Positions 11,499 to 23,465 of a stretch of DNA of 64,000 nt are shown here, one piece after another. Within the stretch, counting starts at the first letter, position 1. Each line of letters begins with the position of its first letter. The notes beneath the pieces are model-generated. The model did no database searches and had not been told where the DNA came from. It worked only from the letters and a program-made list of their open reading frames with translations. The stretch covers positions 76,818,001 through 76,882,000 of the forward strand of contig CM069137.1 of NCBI GenBank assembly GCA_035221665.1, written 5' to 3'. The translations under genes were made by a program, and so were the position numbers. The stretch comes from Okamejei kenojei (Eukaryota).

Positions 11499-11595
11499 CT
11501 GTGAACATATTATTAGTTAAAGTTAAATTAAGGAAAACAAACTGGTCAGTCCAATCACAAAAAAAACTTTGAGATCAACAGCTATCGTTGGTTAC

Positions 11596-11722
11596 CTTTT
11601 ACTCTCAAATGAGCAATGGATGTGGCATTGCGTGCCTTGAAGACAACTTCACCTGCTTGATCTAGTTTGACTTCATGAAGGATCAAAAAGCGTTTATTAC
11701 CATCTGATTTAATTTCACAAGT
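11596..11722 (-). CDS. TTN: Titin Ig I87, second half
   Basis: TCEIKSDGNKRFLILHEVKLDQAGEVVFKARNATSIAHLRVK. Confidence 0.92.
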
Positions 11723-11812
11723 CTGTAAAATAAAGATCATAATTTATTGTTTTGATATGCCCTCAAATGAACATTTTTCACAATAATGTTTGAGGATTGG
11801 AGAAAAGCTTAC

Positions 11813-11949
11813 AGGTGATGGGCGCAGAATCTCTCCCTTCAGCTTCCACTCAACTGGAACATCCTGAGAAATCTCTGTTTCAAAGGTCGCTGTTTCTTTC
11901 TCATAAACCTCCACACTTTGTAGTTCTGTAAGTATGTCTATCTCTCTTT
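11813..11949 (-). CDS. TTN: Titin Ig I87, first half
   Basis: EREIDILTELQSVEVYEKETATFETEISQDVPVEWKLKGEILRPSP. Confidence 0.92.
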
Positions 11950-12639
11950 CTATAAGTACATAAAATACATTTTTTCTTCATTGAAGTAGAAAGCTAATAT
12001 CAGACCACAAAATGTAAAACATTTTCATGAGTTCCCGACTTACAGAATCATCACCAAGCTGTATTAGGGGATATCAGGGCAGATAACTAAATGCAGGAGA
12101 ATAAATATACAGAACAGGTGAAGTCTGAATATATGTGGTAACCACAGCTGAGTTAATGTTTGAAGCAAATAGTAAAAGACGTTGCACAGTCTTAACATAA
12201 CTAAGCTTCAGATATTGCTGCAGTGAAACTTTGACATCCCCCAAAACACAAAAATTAATTCAACAATTTTACATTTGATTAAATTTCATTGTTTAAAACA
12301 AAATAATTAAAGAAAAATCTCTTTATCCCCATACTACAGGTCAGATGTGATGCAGGGTCATCACAATAAGACTGGGTTCTGCTGCTGAATTCCATCTGGG
12401 GCGCAGCTGCAGAAGCAGTAGCATGTGTTACACTGTACATCTCCAATGACTCACAGCAGATCGGAAGGACTTGTTTCATTTCAAACTGCTTAAGCAGCAC
12501 AACACCAGTGCAGCCTTTAGACCTTATCAACAGCTGAGAGGATAGTCTGGAAAGAGACCTGATGCCGAAACTCGTAAGGATCATCGCCTGTCTCCAAACA
12601 CGACTTCTATAGATGATGATGATGATGAGTGAAAGGCCA

Positions 12640-12960
12640 CTGCGTATTTACCCGAGTGACAAAGTCAGCTCATCCCAGATGTTCAACAATGGACTATTAC
12701 AGGGCTCAATACTTGTACCTATACATTTCAATGTCTCAACAAGTAACATGCTATCAACAGAGTTGTGCACATTGTATATGTGCTTGACCTTGTTTTAAAT
12801 ACAGAAGGGGCTACTGAGAATTACACTGTGTCCTCTCTGAACAGAGACCTAAGGACCATGAAGGAATATTAATGGTATTAGAGATTGAAGTTAAATCCAA
12901 AGTAACAATAGCCATTATTGTTAATGTTTCTTGTTGAAAACTGTGCTGCCAACCAAATTT
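12640..12960 (+). mobile_element. Decayed non-LTR reverse transcriptase fragment
   Basis: NGLLQGSILVPIHFNVSTSNM resembles RT motif GLPQGSVLAPxLFNxY. Confidence 0.5.
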
Positions 12961-13345
12961 TTAATTCAACGAGAAACACACCACCAATGTTGGAATATAG
13001 TTAGAAATGATTGATTCTAGGTGTTCTCACAATTAAATTTTGAACCCTGGACATGCCGCTGTATCAGCTGAAACATCGGCATAGCTCCTGTTCCTTGTTT
13101 TGACTAGCGAGAATCCACTGGTTCAAGGTGGTAGCTCATTTCTACCTTCTCAAAGGTAGTTAGGGATGCTCAATTAATGCTAACCATACCAACCATGTAA
13201 AAACAAGTGAGATTTACAATATTGATTAAAAACTATGGCAAAATGAATTAAAACATTTGGAACCTACAATTATTATTAACATGGATATAACCAGTAATGG
13301 AAGAGCAAGTACGTCTCATATTTCTGCAAGTAACAGAAGACTTAC

Positions 13346-13621
13346 CATCAACTATCAGATTAGCTGAAGAGGCTTGTCCTTCCACTTCCACTGTGTATTC
13401 ACCAATATCATCAGGATTTGCATTCTTCACAGTGAGAGTAAGAATTTTACCCACTTTCTTAATTTCAATTTTGTCATTGGGTTCCATTGGAATCTCCTGA
13501 TCACCTTTGAACCATTTGATATTTGGTGTGTCTTTAGCAATTTCACATTGAAAAACAGCAGTTTCCTTTTGCTTGACACGTTGATCCCGAACAGGCTTTA
13601 CAAACCATTTCCTGACAATCT
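13346..13621 (-). CDS. TTN: Titin Ig I86
   Basis: EIVRKWFVKPVRDQRVKQKETAVFQCEIAKDTPNIKWFKG... Confidence 0.93.
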
Positions 13622-13689
13622 CTGGAAGATTAAAAACAAAACAAATTGAAATTAGTTCTCAAATTGCTTATTTCCTATTGCTTAGTTAT

Positions 13690-13950
13690 ATGAAAGGAGG
13701 AATTTCTTTCGCCAGAGGGTGGTGAATCTGTGGGATTCATTGCCACAGACAGCTGTAGAGGCCAAGTCATTGGGTGTTTTTAAAGCAGAGATTGATAGAT
13801 TTTTGATTGGTAAGGGTGTCAAAGGTTACAGGGAGAAGGCACGAGAATGGGGTTGACAGGGAAAAATAGATCAGCTATGACTGAATGGTGGAGTAGACTC
13901 AATGGGCTGAATGGCCTAATTCAGCTCCTAATTTTAATGGTCTTATGGCT
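13690..13950 (+). mobile_element. CR1 3' end fragment
   Basis: RRNFFRQRVVNLWDSLPQ motif and CR1 3'UTR. Confidence 0.85.
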
Positions 13951-13995
13951 GAGTTATTCAGCAGTTCTGCATTTGTTTCATCCAACTCTACTAAC

Positions 13996-14265
13996 CTTGC
14001 ACATTAACTTTTTCTTCACAACTTATGTTTGCAGTCTCAACAGAATACACTCCAGCATCTTCAAAGTCAGAACTTGTGACTGTAATGGAGCGCTGCAACC
14101 CGATGACACTAATTGCATATCTGGTCTGTGTTTCATCAATTGGTACACCATCCTTCTTCCAAACCACAGGTTTGTCTTTAGTCAGCTCACAGGTCATATA
14201 TAGGGGCTGTCCTTTGAAGATAGTGGTTTCTTCTTCCAATGTTTTAAAGAAGGCCACTGGTGATT
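13996..14265 (-). CDS. TTN: Titin Ig I85
   Basis: ESPVAFFKTLEEETTIFKGQPLYMTCEL... Confidence 0.93.
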
Positions 14266-14525
14266 CTAAAATAGTTAGGAAAATAGAAAATTATCAAAAC
14301 ATGTGCAATGTCTTCAAAAGCTTTTTGTAATGACTAATCTTTCAAGCTTAATGATTGTGACTGCATAGACTTACTAATGAATGAAACAAAAAGGAAAAGT
14401 ATGTAACAAGATTAGCTTAATAACAATTGCAGCAGGATTCTTAAATTGCGGCTTTTATAACATAATGAACAGTCTTGTTTTTGGCTTGTGCCATGTAATA
14501 CACCTGAGACAGGAATGAAAAATAC

Positions 14526-14921
14526 CTTTGACAATTAGCTTTGCTGTGGACGTCTTTTCTTGCTTGCCAAGGTGGCCTACACAGGTATATTCACCCATAT
14601 CTGAAAGCTGAACATCAATGATATTCAACTTTCTATCCTTGCCATCGGAGGTGAATTTGTGTTTTGGACCTTCTCTTATAGTGCTCCCATCCTTCATCCA
14701 AGTTGTTAATGCTGTTGATGGTGAAATCAGGCATTCGAATAGAGCAGAAGCGCCTACTGACTCCGCTTCGTCCAGCACAATATCTTGTAACTCTTTGACA
14801 AATTTCAGCTGGACTGCTTTAAGTTGGAACCCTGCAAATGGTGGTTCCTCTGAAGGTGGCCTCCCTCCACCTGGTTTAAGTGGCTTCTTGTCTCCGTCTC
14901 CAGGTGATGGTGTCTTTCTCG
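14526..14921 (-). CDS. TTN: Titin PEVK end plus Ig I84 (human exon 225 equivalent)
   Basis: RKTPSPGDGDKKPLKPGGGRPPSEEPPFAGFQLKAVQLKFVKELQDIVL...FECLISPSTALTTWMKDGS. Confidence 0.95.
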
Positions 14922-15829
14922 CTAAAATTCAGAGTTGAATATAAATATAATGGATTTTATTAGGTTTTTTTGCATGCTTATGAAGTGGGTTTTATTTGAA
15001 CTTAAATTTGGATGCGATGTGTCACTTTCAGTAGATAAATTCAATGATGATGTAAGCCGAGCAATGAAATTGACGAGGTAACATGGGACCAAGCTCACCA
15101 TTCAAAGTCTATGCATTCCATCATGCGATAATGATTTCAGATGGCAAGATTTGAATCACACACATCTATTATAATTTCAAGCTTGAATAAGATTTGCAAT
15201 CATGGATTCCGATATTACCGAGTAATTTTGAATAGTAACAATTGTATATCATCCAAAACACTGCATTTTCCACATATTAAGAGGAAGACACATGCATTAA
15301 AGTACCAAATATAATATTGCACTATCAATCTAATTATGGATGGATTATAGTATTAATTTTTGGCTTACTTTTAGGGAAAACTTCCCCATCAACCTTAGTT
15401 GCACAAGATAAACAGCAGCTGTACGCAAATACATTACTTGTGCTCAAGTAAGTTGGGTTAGTTGAGTTCCACATGTTACATTATGGAGCTGAAGGCATGT
15501 TATAGGGGGGCAGTACATGCAAAAATAAACAAGTTGTTATTCAGTTTGCTCAGCCACTTTGTCAGTGGAAGGTCACACAAATGGCTTGACATTAAATTCT
15601 TAAAATAACATTAATATAGCAGAGTAATTAATTTTGTTTACTCTGATGTAAATGAAATGTAAATGGGGTGCCCAGAAAAACATTAGAATTTATCAATATA
15701 GTACATTGAATCAGTATTGCATATACAGTACGTGCACTTGATGTTTTGTGGTGCTTGAGAAACAAATATGAATGTTTACAATCAGGCATGGATTCTTATT
15801 GTGACTAAGTGCAACTTAGCCCATCTCAC

Positions 15830-15880
15830 CTCGTAATAAGCCTCTCCCCTTGCTGGCTTCTTCAACTGGTGCCTTAGCAT
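15830..15880 (-). CDS. TTN: Titin PEVK 51-nt exon
   Basis: cag|(D)AKAPVEEASKGRGLLR|gtgag; resembles human AKAPKEEAAKPKGPIK. Confidence 0.85.
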
Positions 15881-16521
15881 CTGTAGTGAAATAGTAACAT
15901 AATTATCAGTGCATCATTACTGTCTCACAAGTCAATAATTGTAAAGTTTTTTTCATAATTAAGGGGTAAAATGATGAGGCTAAAAAAGTGTATTGCACTT
16001 AAATGCAAAATATATCATATATAATATATTACATATATTACGTATGAAATTATAAATGCCACACAAAAAATAATAAAAAATGATACTTTCATTTTTTTAA
16101 TATACTAAACGGAGGTGTATTCATGCAACCAGAGGAGAATTAACATGAAAAATATGTATTTGGTTAGAATGGGAGAAATATAAAACCATATGATTTGAAT
16201 GGTAATCGGTCTTTGCCTTACGAAATATAATGAAATGATTTAATTAATTCATAATCCTGTTAATAGCAACATTAAAGCAATTTAAGACAATTTATCCTTG
16301 GGAGCCATCAGACCATGTGGACAAAACATAAGCCACAGACATGAATTTACATTTAACACGACAGCCACAATACATCATGCACATAAACACAACTCGCATT
16401 GCCAGGAGAAACAACTACGTTTAACAAAGATGAACACACACAACATAAAGGAACATTTATCCATTTTTCAAAGCACAAGATATGAAAAATCAGTTTGGTA
16501 GGTGTGCAGCAGTCCTCTCAC

Positions 16522-18816
16522 CTCGGCGTCTGTAAGGCTTTGAAGGAGTCTCAACTGCACCTTCATGCAATTCTTCATCATCTTCATACTCCCAATCAGC
16601 TGATGAGCCACCTTCCTCCTCTTCAGTTAATTCCCATTCCCAGTCTTCTTTGCCCTGTAATTCTTCTATTGACATTTCTTCTGATTCTATTTCATAGTCT
16701 TCTGATGATGATATTCTCTCAGACGGAAGTTTTTTCATCTGTACTATCTCCTGCTCTTTATCTGTAGGACTCTCTTTGTCAACTTTAAGATGTGCGGCAT
16801 CTCTGGGAGTGAATATTTTCTTTACAGGAATTTGCTGTGGCTTTTCTTCAGCTGCAACTTCCCTTGAGGGAACCTTCTTCAATTCTAGATGATCTTTTTG
16901 ATCTTCCAAAACTGGAGTTTTTCTCTTTCCAGTTTTATATTGTACTGTATCAGACAAATCCCTGGGAGTCAGTACTTTCATCATTGGTATTTTGTGTTGC
17001 TTTTCTTCCACAGCAACACCTTTTGAAGATACCTTCTTAATTTCAATATGATCTTTCTCAGCTTCTGGTACTGGAGTTTTTCCCTTTCCAGATTTATAAT
17101 GTACTGTATCTGACAAATCCCTGGGAGTCAGTATTTTCTTGATTGGTATTTGATGTGTTTTTTCTTCTGCGGCAGCTTCTCTTGAGGAAACCTTTTTAAA
17201 TTCTATATGATCTTGATCTTTCAAAACGGGAATTCTTTCCTTTCCAGTTTTATAATGTATACTATCAGACGTATCTCTGGGTGTCAGTACTTTCTTCATT
17301 GGTATTTTCTGTGGCTTTTCTTCCACAGCAACACCTTTTGAAGAGATCTTTATTTCAATATGATCTTTCTCTGCTTCTGACACTGGGACATTTTCCTTTC
17401 CAGTTTTAAGGTGTGGAATATCAGGTGTATCTCTTGGGGTCAATACTTTCCTCACAGGTTTTTTCTGTAACTTTTCTTCGACCACAATTTTTTTTGATGG
17501 GACTTTCTTCACCTCTGCACGATCCTGCAGTTCCTCTGGTTCCTGTAAAACTGTTTTTTTATTTTTGTCAATTTTAGTATCTGCGATTGATTGTTCATCT
17601 TTAGAATCTGCTGTAAGCTTTTTTGTCGATTTGTCAATCTTTTGTGGTTCTTTTTCACCTACTGATTTTCCTCTTGAGCGAATATCTTTCAGGTGAACCA
17701 TTTCTTGTTCTTCTTTTGTAATAGGAAATTTCCCTTCACTAATTCTTAAAGGAATTTCATCCTCTTTTTCTTCACAGGGAAATGTCTTAGGAACACCAAT
17801 TTCTTCTGCAGTGAATTCAGGTACTCGTTTTGATGCAGGTGTTTCTAAAACGATCTCCCTAGGTACTCCCTCAATTGGATAAAAATCTATATTTTTCAAT
17901 ATTTCTTTTTTAGGAGATGGTTCACTTCTTATTTTGGGAATACCAATTTTAGTGAGATTAGGTGTTTCTGTTTTCTCCCCAACAGGCTGAGGAAGTGTTC
18001 TACTTATTTTCAATTTCTCATGCTTTTCTTCTTCTTCCTTTTCTACAAATAATTTACTAGGCTTTGTCAATGGTGGGGTCCTCTCCTTCTCTGTATCAGG
18101 AACTTCAGCCTGCCTTATTAATTTTTTCCCTCTATCTCCTATCTTTACAGAAGCTGCTTCCGATCTAGTTACAAACATGGATTTCTCTTCATTTTTTCCA
18201 GCTTTAGGAACATCAACCTTTTCCAGAATCATTTGTTCGTCTGTATCTTTTTCATCAATACATATTTCATTAAGTTTCTTTGACACACCATGTTTTTCTT
18301 TTAAAGCTTCTTTTTTAGGGGTTATCTCAAACTTTTTGAATTGTACCTTATCTGCTTCTTCCTTTTGTCTGGAAACATAATCGAGTTTCTTAGATTGTGC
18401 AACTGGTTCTTTATCCACTTCCTTGAGTGCTACCTTACTCATTATTTTTGGTAATATTTTCAAAGCTTCATCTTTTACAATGGAGATTTCCCCTTTATCT
18501 TTGTCTATTTTATGAATCTCATCAACCACCTGTACAACTACTTCTCTTTTTATTTCTATCTCTTGCAAAATGATACCTGTTGTTTTTGGCAAGGTATAAC
18601 ATTCATCAGCTTCAATTTCTTTAGGACTTTCAGTAGATCTCCTGAGTTTTAATCCTACGTCTTTGTCATCTTCTTTATGAAATCTTGCTTCTTCATCTTT
18701 CTCTTTCTCTGGAATCTTACTACGTTTCTTCAAAATTGAAATTTCTCTTTCTTCTATTTCTTTTGGAATATGCACTGCAGGTTTTAGTTTCAAAGATGAC
18801 TTGGGTTGTTCTGCGG
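16522..18816 (-). CDS. TTN: Titin giant PEVK-like exon (2295 nt, 765 codons)
   Basis: Uninterrupted E/K/P/V-rich ORF bounded by phase-1 tag| and G|gtgag; an alternative in-frame acceptor lies 6 nt inside. Confidence 0.85.
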
Positions 18817-19179
18817 CTACAAAGGTTTCATATTCAATTTAGTGACAAATTAACAAAGAATTTTGCAATCTCCTAAAAGAAGTCTAACATCAAAACAGTC
18901 TCCAAACCACACTGGTTCACCAAATTAAAACAGACCATGAAATCTCTCCATAGTCAACAACATTTCAAAATGAACACATTAACAGAAAGAATCACAAGAC
19001 AAGTTACATAAATTGTAACTACTTAAATGGACTGAAGAGACAATTTGATACAACTAGTACACAACATTTAGGATCCAGGGGAAATCTATATAATTTTAGT
19101 TTTACACACAAAATTGAACAAAGATTGAATATGTTGAATATTTTTAAGTTTAAATACAATAAGGTTTGAGAAATTGTAC

Positions 19180-19254
19180 CTTTAAGAGGTTTCTTGACTG
19201 GTCCTGGCGCACTGATAGGAAGTGTAGTAGTAGGTACTTCTTCAGTTTCTGTCA
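19180..19254 (-). CDS. TTN: Titin PEVK exon (75 nt)
   Basis: (V)TETEEVPTTTLPISAPGPVKKPLK, phase 1-1. Confidence 0.8.
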
Positions 19255-19765
19255 CTTTGAAAATAAAAAACAACAATTTTATTTACCTGAAAGTCAAATC
19301 TTAAAATTCAATATTATGTGGAAATGTGACCCTCCTATTAATAATAACATTTTAAAAAAATGTATGCATCCTATTGGATGACCCATTATAATTCTGTTTC
19401 ATTTTCCTTCTATTTAAGTCTTATTAAAGTCATACACCTTATTAAATATCTCCGATAACTAACATCCCGACATTTTCAAAGAAGCAATCACATAGATTGA
19501 ATTTCAAAATTATCTATTAATATTTTCATTTACGATTACATTTTATTACTAATTAGATTGCAAACGTATCTCCTGGTGGTAAAATGAAAATGAGGGACAG
19601 TTAAGTTAATGAAAAATTAAGAAGAACAAGCACCATTAATTGAGCAATGAAATGTTGAATTGAAAGAAGCATGAACAACAGCAAATGAGGAAATATGATG
19701 AAATGTAGAATGTTGGATGGATTTTTCACATGATTCAAGATGATGAGTGACATTCATTTGTATAC

Positions 19766-19846
19766 CTTCCTCTGGTTCAAGATCTTGTTTCACTGTAGCA
19801 GTGACTAAATCAGCTTTAGGTTCAATCTTCTCGGCAACTGTAGTCA
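19766..19846 (-). CDS. TTN: Titin PEVK exon (81 nt)
   Basis: (V)TTVAEKIEPKADLVTATVKQDLEPEE. Confidence 0.75.
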
Positions 19847-20595
19847 CTTCAAAACATTATTATTCAAATGTTTAGTTTTTATCTATATGACATGTCCAAG
19901 TAACTGGACATGTCCAATAATCAGTTATAAAAGTAATTTTGGAACATTGTTAATAAAAGTCAGTTGAATGGCCATTTCTTAATCTTGTTATGAAAAATTT
20001 TAAAGGAACAATTGAGTGTTAATTATTTATATAGTTTTAATAATCATGCACAGGCAAAGATAATGGCTAAAATAATGGCAAATATATAGCTATAAAAATC
20101 TGGCCTATGAAAAATCATCCAAAAATCTACATCAATCATTGGGCAAGAAATAAAATAATTACCATAGAATCTTACTTCCTACATATTTTTATCTGGTTAA
20201 TCCAAATTTGGCCTTGTAAGCCAACGTCCACATTTTACTCTGATGGATGGTAAGAAACCTTATATCCAGTAATAATTGGTGAACCTCTACTTTGATCCCA
20301 TTAACAGATTAGTTTTGTGAAGCATTCCTAAAATGCTTAAGTTTGTAAACTTTTGTACTCCATAATAAATGTCAACAATAAGATGTAAATCAAGACAAGA
20401 AAGAAGAGATCCAAGACAACTAGAAAACATTTGAAATTTGGCTGATAACTTAGACATAAAATTATTACGACAAGCTGCGTGCCTTGTAAGGAACGTCCTT
20501 AAAAATCAACATTCAACATTTCCTATTCCCTTCCACTCATTGTGAAAAGCAGCAGCTGCTTTTTAATAGAGTCTTCTAATAAAGTAATCCGATAC

Positions 20596-21090
20596 CTTTC
20601 TGTGTAATAATTTGCATCTTCACTGGAGGTGCAACTTCAGTAAGTTTTGCACGTGGAATCTTCTTATCAGCATCAATAATTCTACTGGGTAATATTTTCT
20701 TGTCAACTTCAACAACTTCATCACGTAAAATCTTCTCTGTGGACTCAACAACTTCATCAGTTAAAATTATCTCATCAGCTTCATGTAAAATCTTCTCATC
20801 AGTTTCAATTATTTCTTCAGGGAACATGATCTTGTCCACCTGAATAGTTTCTTCAAGTAAAATCAATTCATCAGGCTCCGCACTTTCCTCATAGAAAACG
20901 GTTTCACCAACTTTGATAATTTCCTCACTTAAAATGTCTTCATCAGTCTCAACAACGTCCTTGGGTAAAATGATGTCATCAACCTGATTAGTTCCTCTGT
21001 ATGGAATTCTTTCGTTGGACTCAATAATTTCTTCACAATAAATAATTTTGTCAACTTCTGTAGTTCCTTCATGTAAACCTTTCTCGAAAG
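20596..21090 (-). CDS. TTN: Titin acidic 12-aa-repeat exon (495 nt)
   Basis: Open phase 1-1 frame AFEKGLHEGTTEVDKIIYCEEIIESNERI...MQIITQK. Confidence 0.8.
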
Positions 21091-21435
21091 CTTCAGAGAG
21101 TTTGAGGAAAAAGTTTCATAATTTTAGTTCAAAGTTTAAAAATTGTGTGGAAAGAATATAAAACCAACAAACGTTACCACATAAAATAAGGTTATTTTTA
21201 ATAAAAATTGACACAAATATCAAGACATAAAAATTAAAAATAGACAAAACGTCACTCAGATAAGACTAACACCAAAACAATAAAAATGCAAGAAACAGGA
21301 AAGATCATGATGAAAAGAGTTAAAACATGGAAATGGAATACATTAGTTATTGAATGAAATCCATGGAACATTGAGGTTATTATCAATATCACACATGGCA
21401 TGATCATGTAGACAAAGGAACTGTTACTTCAGTAC

Positions 21436-21507
21436 CTTTTACTGAAATAATCTTGTGTTCTGCAAAGGTGATTGGAGTAACTTTTTCAGGCATAGGTTTT
21501 CTGACAA
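21436..21507 (-). CDS. TTN: Titin PEVK exon with shifted or uncertain acceptor
   Basis: (V)VRKPMPEKVTPITFAEHKIISVK; the usual AAG acceptor position lacks AG. Confidence 0.5.
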
Positions 21508-23465
21508 CTTCAACCATTTAAAGACATGGTTAGACATTATTCAAACTAATCTAAGCTACATTCAAGATCGTTTTTAACAGCAAAACACAATAGTAACAAT
21601 GATTTGTATCTCCCAAATTGAAAGAGCAAATTTATATAGAATTCACAAAACTGAAAGAGGTAATTTGGCTCACAGCTCTATTATGATGCCTATCCATATT
21701 TTAACCTTTTCCTCTCCCAATCCCATCTGCATCAATCCACTACACCACTAATTTACCAACCATGTTAACAACCTTTGTGACTATTTCATATTTATATCAT
21801 ATAGTGATTGATTCTCTTACTAATATAAATATTTTCCCTGAATCTACCTTATCAAACCCTTCAGAAATATGGAATACAATGATTGAATTTTTCTGGTCTT
21901 TCCCAACAGTTGCAGCCTCCCAATTTCACGATTATTCTTCCAATCCTTTTAGTTTTTGAAACTTTGATACCCTGTTTTAAAACGGAACCATGCACTGTAT
22001 TTCAATGTGTAGTCTAATGGTTTCTTTATAACTTTACCAATAGTCATCTGCTTTTCAATTTAATTCTATTGAAATTAAACATTGTCTCTTATGACTCAGT
22101 GGCTATTTTTCTTAATCATTTGAAATGTGGCTTGGGGCATTATCTACTTTAAATCTACTTTTAAAAATGTATGTTAATTCTCAAACTTATACATTTACCT
22201 GTACATGTATTCCATTTTTACCATGTCAAGACATTTTTGATGCACAATAACACAATAATAAGACCGACAGGGTAGACATAAAATACACGACTACAAATAT
22301 ACAGATTAAGACAAACATCCCAGCATTGCACTGGTAGCACTAAAAGAATAGCAATCCAAAGATGTGAAGTTCCGAGGTAGATTATTAAGAGAAGATTCCT
22401 CTGTCACCCCACCATCACCTCCCCCCATCTCACTTGGAAAAAAAAGTGAAATAAGCGTACTTAATTCTGAGTTTCCAAGCAGCTCTTGTGTATCAAGGCA
22501 GGCCTTTCCAATTTTTCAAGACAGACTCTACTATTTTTCAATTACATTAAACACCAGCAGAAATCACTGGTGTTGTGCACTGGTTGTGCACAAAGAAGAA
22601 TTTAAAATATATTACTCATTTAATGCCTTTGAAATTTAGTTCGATTGAAGATAATGGAAGTAAATTTCCAAAGTGAAATACAGTGCACAAATGGATACAT
22701 TTCTACCTTTATTTCATTCTCATTCTATATTTCCCATAATCAGAAAATGTGCTACACCAAATGACAGACAGAGAAAACAAATAGCACAACATATATATAA
22801 CTGCTTTTTCATCTGTCTTTAAATCACATAAAAAGGCTGCATATTATTTTTAAAAAGAAAATCATATTTAGCATCAATAAAAAGTTGATAAAGCTGATAA
22901 ATGAAAAATTAGTAAGCATCAGAAAAGTATATTTTGGAATATATTTTTAAAAATTGATTGGCACAATTCAATAATGTTTTAAGAATGCAGTACAGTATGC
23001 ATTTTTTTCCTATAAACCTATAAATATCACTACATTTCTAAATATGCCAAGAAATTCTACAGGCATGGAAAAGGACATATAGATCCTTAAGTCTGTTCTG
23101 CTAATCAATATCTTAATTTTGCATATTTTTAGTTCTAATCATTTTCTCAAATAATTAATTGATTAGGTTGATTAATTCAATTTGTTTCTTAGGCCTTCAA
23201 ATTCGAATACATTCATTGCGTTCTTTGAGATGTGATTCATATAATCAATAAGTACATTCTGAAAGAAATCTCAAAGCAGCTATTATATAGTTTGTGATAA
23301 AGGTAAAAATGTAATAAACATTTTGAGACAACAAAAGTGCACATTTACAAAACATTACTGACATGTAAACAAAAGAATAATTTCTGCAAGCCAGCCAAGC
23401 ACTGGTGAAGTTCAGAGTAGAAAAAGAGCATTTTTTCTTAGCACACATAAGTGCTGGTTCTGTAC

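Noticed and set aside
4131-14938. Plus-strand ORFs overlapping Ig exons
   Set aside because: Antisense shadows of titin coding exons
15369-15393. Possible microexon (aag|...|gtaagc)
   Set aside because: 25 nt, frame-shifting, with an immediate TGA in phase 1
16490-16521. Read-through stop after the giant exon as a Novex-3-like terminal exon
   Set aside because: A good in-phase donor (G|gtgag) exists and I see no canonical AATAAA close downstream; 3'-end sequencing would be needed
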